Source: an uncultured Planctomycetaceae bacterium
GTDB taxonomy: Bacteria; Planctomycetota; Planctomycetia; Planctomycetales; Planctomycetaceae
Direction: 5' to 3'
Length of the DNA stretch: 64,000 nt
Assembly: GCA_963813715.1 (NCBI GenBank)
Contig: CAWFAK010000017.1
Coordinates: 640,001-704,000 of the forward strand
A program made the translations under genes and the position numbers. Every line of letters starts with the position of its first letter. Positions within the stretch are counted from its first letter, which is position 1. A model generated the notes under the pieces. It saw only the letters and a program-made list of their open reading frames with translations. It was not told where the DNA came from and did not search any database. This document shows, one piece after another, positions 24,887-37,077 of this stretch.

Positions 24887-25148
24887 GCGAGACCTTTGGA
24901 TCGTCGAACGGCTCAAAGCGACCGAACGCGGGGTCCGGCCGATCGCGCGAATCCAGCACCGTTCGGTCTACGATGGTACGGCTTTCCCGATTTGGGGAAT
25001 AGTCCGACCGAATGGCCCTCGCGAGCGACAGTGAGCCGCGTCATCCCTCGTTTCCCCCGCGATGCGCGCCAGGGCCGAGGGACGAATTGGTTGTTGCTGC
25101 GACGACGGCCCGACTGGGGGCGACAGCCAGACCGGAGGTCGTGGCCGT

Positions 25149-25994
25149 TTATTTGCTCGCGCCCGCTTCGGCCTGTTCCTTCGGCGGCTGGCCGGGCAAG
25201 GAAGACGCCAGGTTGTTATTCACCTGAATCAGTCCCGTGACGCGGGTCTTGGCGTCACTGATTTTGCGTCGCAGTTCGTCGACCCGCATGAGCGAGGCAT
25301 TGCGATCGTCATCGGCCTTGTTGATTTCTGCCACCAGGCCCGTCGTAATCCCCGCGCCGCCGCCGAGCAGCTCGGCCATCCGCGTATCGCGCTGGTCGCG
25401 GGCGGCGGTCACTAACTCGCCCTGCGTGGCCAGGTTCTTTTCCTGTTTCTTCAAAAGCTCGTCGCGATTGACCAGCTCGGTCTGCAAGGCGGCGATTCGC
25501 GACACAAAGGCTGAGGGAATCGTCGTGCGGAGCCGGAAATTCGCCCCAGCGCTCCAGGCGGGAACGTCCGCGGCCCGGACGGGGAAGGTTGCCTTCAGAG
25601 CCGCTTCGTTGGCGGCAACTTCGGTCGCGTTGAAGGAGCCCATGTAGGTCGAGGTGCCGTTGTCGAGCATGAAGGAGTAGAACTCGGTGTTCGGTTGGAT
25701 GCCGAGCGTCTTGCCGCCGTTGGCGACGATGGCGCTGTTTTGCGCGTCAAAGACCCCTTTAACCGTGTAGTAGCGGTCCCAGCGCAACATCTCGCGTTCG
25801 AGGTTGGCGCGGGCTTCCTCGAAATCAGCGCGGGCCGTTTCGAGCTTCTTGGCCGCGTCTTCGTCGTGCAGCTTGGCTCTCTGCACCTGGTCCATCCACT
25901 GCCCACGGGTGTTGACGAGCCGCGCCGCGATGATGAATCCGAATGCGGCCGAAACCGCCAGCAACACAATCAGGATCTTGCCGACAATGTGCAT
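25149..25994 (-). CDS. Hypothetical N-terminally anchored coiled-coil protein
   Basis: MHIVGKIL TM start, heptad-rich segments. Confidence 0.65.
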   Translation of the reverse strand: MHIVGKILIVLLAVSAAFGFIIAARLVNTRGQWMDQVQRAKLHDEDAAKKLETARADFEEARANLEREMLRWDRYYTVKGVFDAQNSAIVANGGKTLGIQPNTEFYSFMLDNGTSTYMGSFNATEVAANEAALKATFPVRAADVPAWSAGANFRLRTTIPSAFVSRIAALQTELVNRDELLKKQEKNLATQGELVTAARDQRDTRMAELLGGGAGITTGLVAEINKADDDRNASLMRVDELRRKISDAKTRVTGLIQVNNNLASSLPGQPPKEQAEAGASK

Positions 25995-26259
25995 CGAATC
26001 GTTCCCTTTCAGAGAGCACCTTTATCATAGGCCCGTTTTCACGGCACGGTCAATAAGCTGGTCGGCTGCGGGCTGCTAGGCGGCTCGAGCTCGGGTCGGG
26101 GCCGTTTCGGGGCATCCGACTGCCCGGGCGGGGCGATTGGCACCCGCAGAATCGGCGTAATCGATTCGCCCGTCCGGTCGCGGTCGCTACAATGGCGTCC
26201 CGGATGGGGCGTCCCAACTCATGGAGACCGCCGTTTTTCAGGACCGCGCGGAGTCGCGA

Positions 26260-26712
26260 ATGATGCCTTTGCCCGTCAAGAAATTTCCCCGCGAGAAGCT
26301 CAAGCCGGGGGAGTGTCTCTGCAGCTACTGCACGGCCAAATGTTGCCGGTATTTCGCCCTTCCGATCGAGGAGCCGACCACCTGGAAGGAATTCGACTAC
26401 CTGCGCTGGTTCATGATGCACGGCCGGGTGTCGCTCTTCGTCGAAGAGAAGGTCTGGTACCTGATGGTCCACGCAGACTGTCAGCATCTCTTGCCTGATA
26501 ATCGCTGCGGCACGTACGACACACGGCCGCAGGTCTGTCGCGAGTACTCGATCACCAACTGCGAATATGAAGACGACGCGGTCTACGAAAAGTTCTTCGA
26601 GACGCCAGAACAGATTTGGGAATATGCCGAAGCCGTGATGCCGCCGCGACGCAAACGCCGCCGCGCGGGTACGCCGCCGATTTCCCTGCCGGTGCTCACG
26701 AGCGTCGGCTGA
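26260..26712 (+). CDS. YkgJ/CxxCxxCC cysteine-cluster protein
   Basis: CSYCTAKCC, C...C...RPQVCREY. Confidence 0.85.
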   Translation: MMPLPVKKFPREKLKPGECLCSYCTAKCCRYFALPIEEPTTWKEFDYLRWFMMHGRVSLFVEEKVWYLMVHADCQHLLPDNRCGTYDTRPQVCREYSITNCEYEDDAVYEKFFETPEQIWEYAEAVMPPRRKRRRAGTPPISLPVLTSVG

Positions 26713-26784
26713 AAAATCTTCGACAAATCGGCGACGAGCCGACACGCACACGAGCCAGTTCGCAAAGGAGGCACTGACCGACTC

Positions 26785-28116
26785 ATGTCGAAGCCCGTGA
26801 TCAAGCCGCAAACGCTCAAGGGATTCCGCGACTATCTTCCGGGGCCGATGATGGCCCGCGAGCACCTGATCGATACGGCCCGCCGGGTCTACCGCGGGTT
26901 CGGCTTTTCCCCCATCGACACGCCGGCGCTCGAATACAGCGAAATCCTCCTGGGCAAAGGAGGCGACGAGACCGACAAGCAGCTCTTTCGCTTCACTGAT
27001 GCCGGCGAACGCGACGTCGCCATGCGGTTCGACCTCACGGTCCCACTGGCACGTTTCGCCGCCCAGCACTTGCAGGAGATCGGCACGCCCTTCAAGCGCT
27101 ACCACATCGCCACCGTTTGGCGGGCGGAAAAGCCGCAGAAAGGCCGCTTTCGCGAGTTCATCCAGTGCGACTTCGACACGCTGGGGACCGATTCGAACAT
27201 TGCCGACGCCGAGACGCTGCTCGTGATCCACGACTTGATGGAACGGCTCGGCTTCACGAAGTTCACAATCCGCATCAACAACCGGCTCGTTTTGAACGGC
27301 CTGCTCGAGCACCTGGGCCTCACCGGCCAGACGGTCGGTGTGCTGCGGACGCTTGACAAGCTGCCCAAGATCGGGCGCGAGGCTGTCATCGCCGAAATGA
27401 CTGAAAAAGTCGGCACGACGGCCGCCCAGGCGGACTCGGTGCTAAAAATGACCGAGCTCTCCGGGTCGTCAGCCGAGATCCTGGCGCAAGTCGAGACCCT
27501 GCTCGCGGGGAACGAGCAAGGGCTGACGGGTGTCGGCCGGCTCCGCGAATTGTTCACCTGGTCCGAAGCTGCCGGAGTTCCCCAAGAGCGGATTTCGCTC
27601 GATCTGTCGATCGCCCGCGGCCTCGACTACTACACGGGCACGATTTACGAGACCTTCTTGAACGATCTGCCCGGCATCGGCAGCGTTTGCTCGGGCGGTC
27701 GTTACGACAACCTGGCTGGCCTGTTCACGAGCCAAAAGCTGCCGGGCGTCGGTGCGAGCCTGGGCTTGGATCGTTTGCTGGCGGCGATGGAAGAGATGGG
27801 CATGCTGGCCGCCGCGTCGACGCCGGCCCCGGTCCTGATCCTGCTCTTTGACGCCGGGCACACGGGCGATTACTTGCGGATCGCTCGTAAGCTGCGGGCT
27901 GAGGGGATCGACACCGAAGTCTTCTGCGATGCCCGCAATATCGGCAAACAACTGAGCTACGCCAGTCGCAAAGGCTTCAAAGCAGCCGTCATTGCCGGCC
28001 AGACCGAGTTCGCACAAGGCAACTGGCAGGTGAAAGATTTGCAGGCGGGCCAGCAAACAACGGTGACCGAAGCCGATCTTGTGGGCGAGCTGAAACGGAT
28101 CGTCGCCGGCCGCTGA
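26785..28116 (+). CDS. hisS: Histidine--tRNA ligase
   Basis: KGFRD, RFDLTVP, REFIQCDFD, RGLDYYTG, GGRYD. Confidence 0.97.
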   Translation: MSKPVIKPQTLKGFRDYLPGPMMAREHLIDTARRVYRGFGFSPIDTPALEYSEILLGKGGDETDKQLFRFTDAGERDVAMRFDLTVPLARFAAQHLQEIGTPFKRYHIATVWRAEKPQKGRFREFIQCDFDTLGTDSNIADAETLLVIHDLMERLGFTKFTIRINNRLVLNGLLEHLGLTGQTVGVLRTLDKLPKIGREAVIAEMTEKVGTTAAQADSVLKMTELSGSSAEILAQVETLLAGNEQGLTGVGRLRELFTWSEAAGVPQERISLDLSIARGLDYYTGTIYETFLNDLPGIGSVCSGGRYDNLAGLFTSQKLPGVGASLGLDRLLAAMEEMGMLAAASTPAPVLILLFDAGHTGDYLRIARKLRAEGIDTEVFCDARNIGKQLSYASRKGFKAAVIAGQTEFAQGNWQVKDLQAGQQTTVTEADLVGELKRIVAGR

Positions 28117-28161
28117 TGGGCTGCCTGAATTGCGCACGGTACAGCGTAAGCGGGGTGCTCC

Positions 28162-28644
28162 TTACCGGCGTCGTAGCGTCGCGTTCCGCATCTCGCGCGT
28201 GTCCTCTTTACGTTTGAGCGCCTCGCGCTTGTCGTGCAGCTGGCGGCCCTTGGCGACGGCCACGGTGACTTTCACGATCCCCCGCGAGAAAAAGACCGCC
28301 AGCGGCACGAGCGTCAGCCCTTTTTGCGCGGCCGACTCGGCGACTTTCCGCAGCTCTTGCTTGCGAATGAGCAATTTGCGGGTCCGCTTGGGCTCGTGAT
28401 TCATCACAGTCGCCTGCGGGTATACCGCAATGTCGGCCCCGACCAGCCACAGCTCCCCGTCGCGGATGCGGGCGTAGGCTTCCTCGATCGAAATCTTGCT
28501 GTTGCGGATGCTCTTCACTTCGCTGCCGGTGAGCACGATCCCACACTGCAACTCGTCGAGGATGTCGTACTCGTACCGCGCGCGGCGGTTGCGGCAGACC
28601 GTCTGCGAGTTTGGGTCGTTTTTTTCCGGCTTCTTCGCGGCCAT
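28162..28644 (-). CDS. smpB: SsrA-binding protein
   Basis: NRRARYEY, GIVLTGSEVKS, RKLL, HDKRE. Confidence 0.97.
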   Translation of the reverse strand: MAAKKPEKNDPNSQTVCRNRRARYEYDILDELQCGIVLTGSEVKSIRNSKISIEEAYARIRDGELWLVGADIAVYPQATVMNHEPKRTRKLLIRKQELRKVAESAAQKGLTLVPLAVFFSRGIVKVTVAVAKGRQLHDKREALKRKEDTREMRNATLRRR

Positions 28645-28700
28645 GCGAGCGGTTTTCCTAAGGGACGGGGAACGTCGCGGAGCGGGGACGTCGTGAGCGG

Positions 28701-29699
28701 TCAGCTGAGCAGGCTGCGACGTACGACCTCGGCGGCTTTGCCGAAAAAGGGCTCCCATCCGATTTCCGGGCGACCCAGCTTGAGGCAATTGCGAACGCTG
28801 GCCAGCGTGTTGCGGGCCATATGCGGGCAACGGTTGCAGGCGCACGTTTCGCCCGAGGAGGTCATGATTCCCGGCACCGGAATGTATTCGTGCTGTGGGG
28901 CGGTCTTCTTCAGCGGGTGGATCATATTGGCTTCGGTCGCGACGAGAAACTTCGTCGGCGTGGCGATCGAGGCGACGTATTTTCGCATCTTCTCCGTCCC
29001 GCCGATGACGTCGCTGACTTCCAGGATGTTCTGGGGGCACTCGGGGTGCGCGATGACCACGCAGCCCGGGTTATTCCTCTTGGCCCGCAGCAGGTCCTGC
29101 AGGCTGAAGATTTCGTGCACCATGCAGGAGCCCGGCCACAGAATCATTTTGCGGCCGGTGACTTCTTCCAGGTAGCGGCCCAAGTGCTGGTCGGGAACGA
29201 ACAAGATTTCCTTGTCTTGCGGGATCTGTTCGATCCGTTCGCGAGCGTTGCCGCTGGTCACGATCCAGTCGCACAGGCTCTTCACCGCGGCCGACGTGTT
29301 GATATAGGCGACGGTGACGAAGTCATGGCCCTCCGCCCGCAGCTTGCGCTGGAACGCTTCCAGCTTGTCGTAGGGGCAACTTTCCGCGAGCGAGCACCCG
29401 GCCAGCAGGTCGGGAATCAGCACCTTTTTATCCGGGTTGAGCATCTTGGCCGACTCGGCCATGAAGTGCACGCCGGCAAACACGATCACCGACGACTGCA
29501 CGCCGGCCGCGTCGCGACACAGCTTGAGGCTGTCGCCCGTGAAGTCGGCCACGTCCTGGATCTCGCCGTCGACGTAGTAGTGCGCCAGGATCGTGGCGTC
29601 CTTTTCCTTCTTGAGCGATTCGATCTCGTCCATCAGGTCGAGAGGATCTTCGTATCGCTGCGACGGCGTTGCCGTTGCTTCCACCACAGGCAGTTGCAT
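28701..29699 (-). CDS. nadA: Quinolinate synthase
   Basis: ILAHYY, GVHFMAE, AGCSLA, CMVH, AHPEC, CPHM. Confidence 0.95.
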   Translation of the reverse strand: MQLPVVEATATPSQRYEDPLDLMDEIESLKKEKDATILAHYYVDGEIQDVADFTGDSLKLCRDAAGVQSSVIVFAGVHFMAESAKMLNPDKKVLIPDLLAGCSLAESCPYDKLEAFQRKLRAEGHDFVTVAYINTSAAVKSLCDWIVTSGNARERIEQIPQDKEILFVPDQHLGRYLEEVTGRKMILWPGSCMVHEIFSLQDLLRAKRNNPGCVVIAHPECPQNILEVSDVIGGTEKMRKYVASIATPTKFLVATEANMIHPLKKTAPQHEYIPVPGIMTSSGETCACNRCPHMARNTLASVRNCLKLGRPEIGWEPFFGKAAEVVRRSLLS

Positions 29700-29992
29700 G
29701 CTTCACCCGGACTCACTGTCCAAATCTTGCTGGCAAATCTTGCTATCAAACTCTGCCGAAGTCGCTCACTCGGTCTTCGATCAATTATAGGTCGACAGGT
29801 CGACCCTCCGACATGACCGGCGGTGGTCGCGTCGATTTGGCGGCAACGCCTATAATCGCCGGCGGCAAGCTGTTGCGCGAGTTTTCGCGATTGTACAGCG
29901 ATTGACCCGACGTCGGACAACTCCGGCCCCATGACAGGCCGGAAATCCGCGACGCGCCTCCACCCAAACTCCATCGATCGACACATCTCTCC

Positions 29993-31963
29993 ATGTCTGA
30001 GCGACTTGACGATCTCCTCGACATCCGCGACGCCGACGTCTTCGATGTGCCCACGCGGGCGGCCGGGCCTGCGGGGCGGCTGCCCCTCACCGACGAGTTG
30101 CTGCTCAACAGCCCCAGTGGCGACCTGTTCGGCATGACGCAAAGTGCCGGGATGGGCTGGAACCCTCAGCAGCTGCTGCGGGACCAGGTGCTGATCGTGA
30201 GCACGCAAGGGGGCTTGCGAGCCGAAGACGGACGGCCGATCGCCCTCGGCTATCACACGGGACACTGGGAGGTGGGGCTGCTCGTGAAGGCGGCGGCCGA
30301 AGAGCTGGATCGGCTCGAGCGGCTGCCGTTTGCCGCGGCCGTCAGTGATCCGTGCGATGGCCGCTCGCAGGGCACGACCGCGATGATGGACAGTTTGCCG
30401 TATCGCAACGATGCGGCCGTCGTGATGAAGCGGCTGATCCGTTCGCTGCCGCTGCGTAAGGGCGTCATCGGCGTCGCCACCTGCGACAAGGGGCTGCCGG
30501 CCGCAATGATGGCCTTGGCCGCCCAGCACGATCTGCCGACCGTCATCGTTCCCGGCGGCGTGACGCTGCCCGCGGCCGATGCCGAGGACGCCGGAAAGGT
30601 CCAATCGATCGGAGCGCGATTCGCTGAGGGCGACATCACGCTCGAATACGCGGCCGACATGGGCTGTCGCGCTTGCGGTTCGGCCGGCGGCGGCTGCCAG
30701 TTCTTGGGGACGGCGGCCACGTCGCAGGTCGTCGCCGAGGCACTCGGCCTCGCCCTGCCCCATACGGCACTTGCTCCGTCGGGACAGCCGATCTGGCTGG
30801 CCGCCGCGCGGCAGGCGGCCCGCGCCGTCGTCGCTCTCGCCGAGAAAAAGCTGGCGACGCGCGACATTCTGACGGCCGACGCGCTCGAAAACGCGTTGGC
30901 GGTGCATGCGGCCTGCGGCGGGTCAACCAACCTCCTGCTCCACATCCCGGCCATTGCCTTCGAGGCCGGGCTGCGACGGCCCACGGTCGAGGATTGGCAT
31001 CGGGTCAATCTGAGCGTTCCACGGCTGGTCGACGTCCTACCCAACGGTCCCGTCGGACATCCGACTGTCCGTTTTTTCCTCGCCGGCGGCGTGCCCGAGT
31101 TGATGCTGCATCTGCGTTCGCTCGGCTTGCTGCGGCTTGACGCTTTGACGACCGCCGGCGAGCGACTGGGCGACGTGCTCGAGTGGTGGGAGCGGTCCGA
31201 TCGGCGGCAACGGTTGCGAGAAGTGCTCCGCGAGCGCGACGGAGTTGACCCCGACGACGTGATCCTCCCGCCGCCCCGGGCGAAACAGCGCGGCTTGACC
31301 AGCACGGTCACCTTTCCCCGCGGCAACATCGCGCCGGAAGGCTCGGTCATCAAGAGCACAGCCATCGATCCGAGCGTGGTCGACGGCGATGGCATCTACC
31401 GCAAGCTCGGGCCGGCCCGCGTCTTCACCAGCGAGCGCGAGGCGGTGGCCGCCATTAAGGGGCGATCCGAGCACAAGATTCAGGCGGGCGACGTGATCGT
31501 GCTGATGTGCCGTGGGCCGCTCGGCGCGGGGATGGAGGAGATCTACCAGATCACGTCCGCCCTGCGCTATTTGAAGTGGGGCAAGGAGGTCGCCGTGATC
31601 ACCGACGCCCGTTTTTCGGGCGTTTCCACCGGGGCCTGCATCGGCCACGTCGGCCCCGAGGCACTCGCCGGCGGTCCGATCGGCAAAGTCCGTGACGGTG
31701 ACCTGATCGAGATCGTGATCGACCGCCACAACCTCGAGGGCTCGATCAATTTCGTCGGCACCGTGGAGAAACAACTCCAACCGGAGGCCGCGGCCCGCGT
31801 GCTCGCCGAGCGGGAGCCCGCCCTGCCCCTCGAGCCCGATCCCCATCTGCCTGCCGATACGCGACTTTGGGCCCTCCTCCAGCAGGTCGGCGGCGGCACT
31901 TGGGGCGGCTGCGTCTACGACGCGGCGGCCATCGAGACGGCACTGCGCCCAGGTTCGCGATAG
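29993..31963 (+). CDS. IlvD/Edd-family sugar-acid dehydratase (YjhG/YagF xylonate dehydratase type)
   Basis: [43 protein letters not shown]. Confidence 0.9.
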   Translation: MSERLDDLLDIRDADVFDVPTRAAGPAGRLPLTDELLLNSPSGDLFGMTQSAGMGWNPQQLLRDQVLIVSTQGGLRAEDGRPIALGYHTGHWEVGLLVKAAAEELDRLERLPFAAAVSDPCDGRSQGTTAMMDSLPYRNDAAVVMKRLIRSLPLRKGVIGVATCDKGLPAAMMALAAQHDLPTVIVPGGVTLPAADAEDAGKVQSIGARFAEGDITLEYAADMGCRACGSAGGGCQFLGTAATSQVVAEALGLALPHTALAPSGQPIWLAAARQAARAVVALAEKKLATRDILTADALENALAVHAACGGSTNLLLHIPAIAFEAGLRRPTVEDWHRVNLSVPRLVDVLPNGPVGHPTVRFFLAGGVPELMLHLRSLGLLRLDALTTAGERLGDVLEWWERSDRRQRLREVLRERDGVDPDDVILPPPRAKQRGLTSTVTFPRGNIAPEGSVIKSTAIDPSVVDGDGIYRKLGPARVFTSEREAVAAIKGRSEHKIQAGDVIVLMCRGPLGAGMEEIYQITSALRYLKWGKEVAVITDARFSGVSTGACIGHVGPEALAGGPIGKVRDGDLIEIVIDRHNLEGSINFVGTVEKQLQPEAAARVLAEREPALPLEPDPHLPADTRLWALLQQVGGGTWGGCVYDAAAIETALRPGSR

Positions 31964-32092
31964 CCGAAACTGCCAGAAATTCCGATCGTCCTGCATAAAT
32001 TTGGCGGCCTGCGTCGTGGTTACTGTGGCAGCGTGACATGGTTATTGTGGGAGCGTGACGCAGTGTCCGCGTGACGCAATTCCAACGGATGG

Positions 32093-32590
32093 ATGGCGAT
32101 GGCTGGTCCGACGTGGCTGGACGAACTGTACCGGCAATATCGGCAGCCGTTGTTCCTGACGGCGTGGAACATCCTGCGCTGCTCCAGCCTGGCCGAAGAT
32201 GCGGTCCATTGCGCGTTTGTCCGCCTGGCTGAGCTACGAAAAGTTCCGCGCGGGCCCAAGCTCTACGCCTTTCGCGCCGTGCGCAATGCGGCCGTCGACC
32301 TGTCCCGCAACCGTGCCCGGCGCCGCGAAGAGCCAATCGGCGTCGAGGGGACTTCGGAGAGCGTCGGACCGGTGTCGGGCGACAAGGAATTGTCGATTGC
32401 GGTGTCGGCCGCGTTAAACCAGCTCGATGACGCGGCACGCGAGATTGTCGAGCTGCATCTGCACTCGGGCCTGACCTTTCGCGAGATTGCCTCGGTGGTC
32501 GAGGAGCCGCTGCAGACGGTCGCGTCCCGGTATCGGCGGGCATTGGAGAAACTGCGCCAGTTGCTGGAGGTGTGTGGTGAACGATCCTGA
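32093..32590 (+). CDS. ECF sigma-70 factor
   Basis: AEDAVH, FRAVRNAAVD, GLTFREIA, TVASRYRRAL. Confidence 0.85.
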   Translation: MAMAGPTWLDELYRQYRQPLFLTAWNILRCSSLAEDAVHCAFVRLAELRKVPRGPKLYAFRAVRNAAVDLSRNRARRREEPIGVEGTSESVGPVSGDKELSIAVSAALNQLDDAAREIVELHLHSGLTFREIASVVEEPLQTVASRYRRALEKLRQLLEVCGERS

Positions 32591-32978
32591 CATTGAACGA
32601 CTTATTTCGCGACTGGAGCGTCCCTCGCCGAGTCCGGAACTCGACGATCGGATCGCGGAAATCACCAGCCGGGCGCGTCCCCCGGGAACTGGCTCGTCCG
32701 TTCGGAACCTCGTCCAAATCGGGGCCGCGTTGGCCTGTGCGGGGCTCGTTGGTTTCGTGCTGGGGCGGCAATCCGTGGCGACTCCGTCCGCGACGCCAAA
32801 TGTTCCTCAGGTTCGGGGCCAAATTGCCGCGACGGTGCGGGAGCCGACACCAGAAGTCCGCGCCGTGGTTCCGGCCAGCGCTGCCTTCGTGCGACTCGTG
32901 ACGAAACCCAAATCGTTTGTAAGCGTCTTTGGCGGCCAGTCGCTCGAAAAACGGGCTGGCGCCCTGGAAATCCAATAA
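32577..32978 (+). CDS. Putative single-TM anti-sigma factor
   Basis: Overlaps ECF stop; PSPELDDRI N-terminus followed by one TM helix. Confidence 0.6.
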   Translation: MNDPDIERLISRLERPSPSPELDDRIAEITSRARPPGTGSSVRNLVQIGAALACAGLVGFVLGRQSVATPSATPNVPQVRGQIAATVREPTPEVRAVVPASAAFVRLVTKPKSFVSVFGGQSLEKRAGALEIQ

Positions 32979-33002
32979 GACTGTCCCCCTGAGGAGAGTT
33001 CG

Positions 33003-33824
33003 ATGAAACTGTGGTTTATCGCCTGTCTAGGGCTCCTCTTTGCCATTTCACCGGGCACCGCGCGGAGCGACCAACCGAAAGAGGGAGCAGCGTCGAAGGC
33101 GCGTCCGATCCCTCCCGCTCCCGCTGGCGTCCCGGACGGTCCCGATACGGTTGAGGTCGATTTGCAGATCTGGCAAGTCTTTGGTGACGAACAGCGGGCG
33201 CTCAAGGAGGCCGGCTTCCGTGAAGTCGGCGGACTGCTGCGGTTGGGAGGCGGCGACGAGCGGAAGCACAACGGCATCCCCAATACCGTCGACCGCCAGC
33301 TTCAATTGATGAGGCCGCACGCCGAAAGACTCACCGGCGTGATGAGTCCGGGCATGAAGCTGCGTTTGGGGCACGTGGCTGGGCTGCAGATGGGCCTGGG
33401 CGTGACTAACACTCAGTTGTCCTACTTGGTGCGGACCGGTGAGAAGACGTTTGAACTGCAACATTTGTCCGCAGACGCGCAAAACACGCTCGGCCTCAAA
33501 GTCGATCTGACTCCCCGGGCCGTGCCGAGCGACCCCGAACTGATCAACATCGCGCCGCTCAAGATCTCGTTCACGACGGTCGACGGACGCGAACCGATTC
33601 CCGGCGTCGACTTGGAAATTGGCAAGCCGGTGATCTCCACTCGCACGTTGGAAACCTCGTTCACGTTGGTCGATGGGGGCGATGCCATCGGGATCGTGCT
33701 CCCGGGTCCTGAAGGGCGACAGCCGATTCTGTTCCTCACTGTGCACCGGGTTGCGGCAGCACAGCCAAGTGCTGCGACTCGTGGGCTCGCCACACCGGGT
33801 TCGTTCGCCAAAGGCCTGAAATAA
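33003..33824 (+). CDS. Hypothetical secreted protein
   Basis: Signal peptide, RBS GAGGAG, co-oriented with the ECF pair. Confidence 0.6.
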   Translation: MKLWFIACLGLLFAISPGTARSDQPKEGAASKARPIPPAPAGVPDGPDTVEVDLQIWQVFGDEQRALKEAGFREVGGLLRLGGGDERKHNGIPNTVDRQLQLMRPHAERLTGVMSPGMKLRLGHVAGLQMGLGVTNTQLSYLVRTGEKTFELQHLSADAQNTLGLKVDLTPRAVPSDPELINIAPLKISFTTVDGREPIPGVDLEIGKPVISTRTLETSFTLVDGGDAIGIVLPGPEGRQPILFLTVHRVAAAQPSAATRGLATPGSFAKGLK

Positions 33825-33866
33825 CCTCGCGATGCAGAGGGCTGTCCGGTCGGCTAAAATGGGACG

Positions 33867-35005
33867 ATGCCCGGCAACTCTTTCGGACAGGCCTTTTGCA
33901 TCACCACAGCCGGTGAGAGTCACGGGCCCGCGAACGTGGTGATCATCGACGGCGTGCCGCCCGGCATCGAGCTGTCGGTCGACGATCTGATGGTCGACCT
34001 CAATCGCCGGCGGCCCGGCCAGAGCAAAATCGTCACGCAGCGTGACGAAGGCGACGTGCCCGAGATTCTCTCGGGCGTCTTCGAGGGGCGCACAACGGGC
34101 ACCGCGCTGGCCATTCTGATTCGCAACAACGACCAGCGCAGCCGCGACTACGAAGACATCAAGCACGTCTATCGCCCCGGGCATGCCGACTACACCTACG
34201 ACGCGAAATACGGCTTCCGCGATTATCGGGGTGGCGGCCGCTCGAGTGCTCGCGAGACAACAGTCCGCGTGGCGGCCGGCGTCGTCGCCAAAAAGCTGAT
34301 TCGCGCGGCCTTCGGCGGACTGGTCGTCGGATACGTCAAGCAGGTGGGCGACGTCGTCGCGGATGTGCCCGAGCCGGCCGCCGTCACGCTCGAGCAAGTT
34401 GAAAAGCTGCCGGACGGCGAACCGAACATCGTCCGCTGCCCCGATCCGCACGCCGCCGCTCGCATGGTCTCGCTCATCGAAAGTCTCCGCGGCCAAGGGG
34501 ACTCGATTGGCGGAGCGGCCGAGATCGTTGCGACGGGCGTGCCCCCGGGGCTTGGCGAGCCCGTGTTCGACAAGATCAAGGCCGACCTGGCCAAAGCCCT
34601 CTTCAGCCTGCCCGCGGTCCTCGGCGTCGAGTATGGGATCGGTTTCGGCTGCGTGACACTGCGCGGCAGCCAGAACAACGACCTGTTCCGCCCTGCGGAA
34701 AACTTGGCTCCGCGAAAGTCGGGCCAGCCGGCCGTCACCACGGAGACTAACCGCCACGGCGGCATGCTGGGCGGCATCACCAGCGGAATGCCGCTGGTCC
34801 TCCGCGCGGCGGTCAAGCCGACCAGCAGCCTGCCGATCGAGCAGAAGACTGTCACGGACGAAGGACAGCCGACGACGATTCGCACGAAGGGCCGGCACGA
34901 TCCGTGCCTGTTGCCCCGCTTCGTGCCGATGGCCGAGGCGATGGTGGCCATTGTGCTCGCCGACCATTGGCTGCGCTGGAAGGCCCAGATTGGGGACCCG
35001 ACCGC

Positions 35006-35009
<4 letters not shown>
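33867..35009 (+). CDS. aroC: Chorismate synthase
   Basis: GESHG, RRRPGQS, RPGHAD, GGRSSARET, KPTSS, GRHDPC. Confidence 0.97.
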
Positions 35010-35425
<416 letters not shown>

Positions 35426-35554
35426 GTGCCCGCCGGTTGGCCCTGAAGTTCGCCGGATCCCTGCTATAATCGGGCGGAATTCGATCGAGCTGGCAGCACT
35501 GTTCGGCTGAACATCTGGCGAGAGGTTCTCGACACGACCAATGGGTGAGATTGC

Positions 35555-36830
35555 ATGCGGATCACACTCGACTACGGCAAAACGGGCATGGAAGTGGAAG
35601 TCCCGGACCGAAATTTGGTCGGTCCGCTGGGACTGCGGCCGGTCGAGCCGCTGGCCGATCCGGCCGGTAAATTGGCCGAGTCACTCGCCCACCCGATCGG
35701 GTCGGCGCCGCTGGTGGAATTGGCCCGCGGACGGAAGTCGGCGTGCGTCCTAATCTGCGACATTACGCGGCCCGTGCCGAATGAATTTCTGTTGCGCCAG
35801 ATCCTGCCCACGCTCGAGCGCGGCGGCATCCCGCGGGAAAATATCCTGATCCTGATCGCCACCGGCTTGCACCGGCCCAACGAGGGCGATGAGCTCGTCG
35901 AGTTGGTCGGAGCGGAAATCGCCGCCAATTATCGCGTCGAAAATCATGACGGTCGCAACCTGTGCCGAGCATGCCAACCTGGGCATGTCGCCGCGCGGCG
36001 TCCCCGTGTGGATCGATCGCCGCTATGTCGAAGCCGATCTCAAAATCGCCACCGGCCTGATCGAACCGCACCTGATGGCCGGTTACTCCGGCGGCCGCAA
36101 GCTGATCTGCCCGGGCATCGCGGCCCTCGAAACGGTGCAGTGCTGGCACGGTCCCGCTTTCCTCGAGCATCCACGGGCCGACTGCGGCATCCTCGAAGGG
36201 AATCCCGTCCACGAAGAGAACACGCGAATCGCCCGCATGGCTGGCTGCGATTTCATTGTGAACGTCTCGCTCGACAACGATCGCCGCGTGACCTCGCTCG
36301 TAGCCGGCGACATGGAGGCCGCCTTCGCCAAGGGAGTCGAGTTCGTCGAGTCGGTCTGCAAGGCACCCGTTCCCGAGGCGTGCGACGTGGTGGTCACCTC
36401 GAGCGCCGGCTATCCGCTCGACACGACGTTTTACCAGGCGATCAAAGGGCTCACCGGCGTGCTGCCCATCGTCAAACAGGGCGGCACCATCGTGATCGCC
36501 GCAGCCCTCGATCAGGGGATCGGCAGCCCAGAATTTCGCAGCCTGTTTAGCGAGAATGCCGATCTCGACACCTTCATGCGGCGAATCATGGGGAAAGACT
36601 ATTTCGTGCTCGACCAGTGGCAGCTGGAAAAGCTGGGCCACGTCTGCCGCAAGGCTCGTCCGCGGTTCGTCACGCAGGGCCTCAATCCCGCAACGATGAA
36701 GGGCCTCTTCGTCGACTCTGTCCCCAGCGTCGAGCAGGCGATTGCCGAGGCGCTGACGGAATACGGCCCGAACGCCCGCATCGCAGTGGTGCCGAAGGGC
36801 CCGTACGTGCTGCCGGTCGTGGCGGCGTGA
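35555..36830 (+). CDS. larA: LarA-family nickel-pincer racemase/epimerase, frameshift near 35960
   Basis: [46 protein letters not shown]. Confidence 0.85.
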
Positions 36831-36999
36831 ACCGAGCACCAAGCTCCCGCGCCTGAGCTGCCGGGGATCTTTCTCTCCCTATTGCGCAAACGGATCCCCA
36901 TCACCGCCGGGGATCCATTTTTCATCCCCGGCGAGTTCAGGGGTTTAATATCCTCTAAATCGTCCAACGTGCTCGCGGTCGGCGCTTGCAAGGGATGAT

Positions 37000-37077
37000 G
37001 AAAACGCCCCGGTGACGTGGTTGCACACGGCAACGGGGCTGACCAAAACCTCGCTTAATAGGAGCAAGGCATGGCTA
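37000..37077 (-). ncRNA. Predicted cis-antisense RNA covering the recombinase RBS and start codon
   Basis: Minus-strand promoter TCGACA(37111-37106)-17bp-CAGAAT(37088-37083); hairpin 37006-37039 followed by T-run on minus strand. Confidence 0.45.

Noticed and set aside
28117..28700. tmRNA (ssrA) beside smpB
   Set aside because: No space, and no tRNA-like ends seen. I saw no tRNA or rRNA anywhere in the window.
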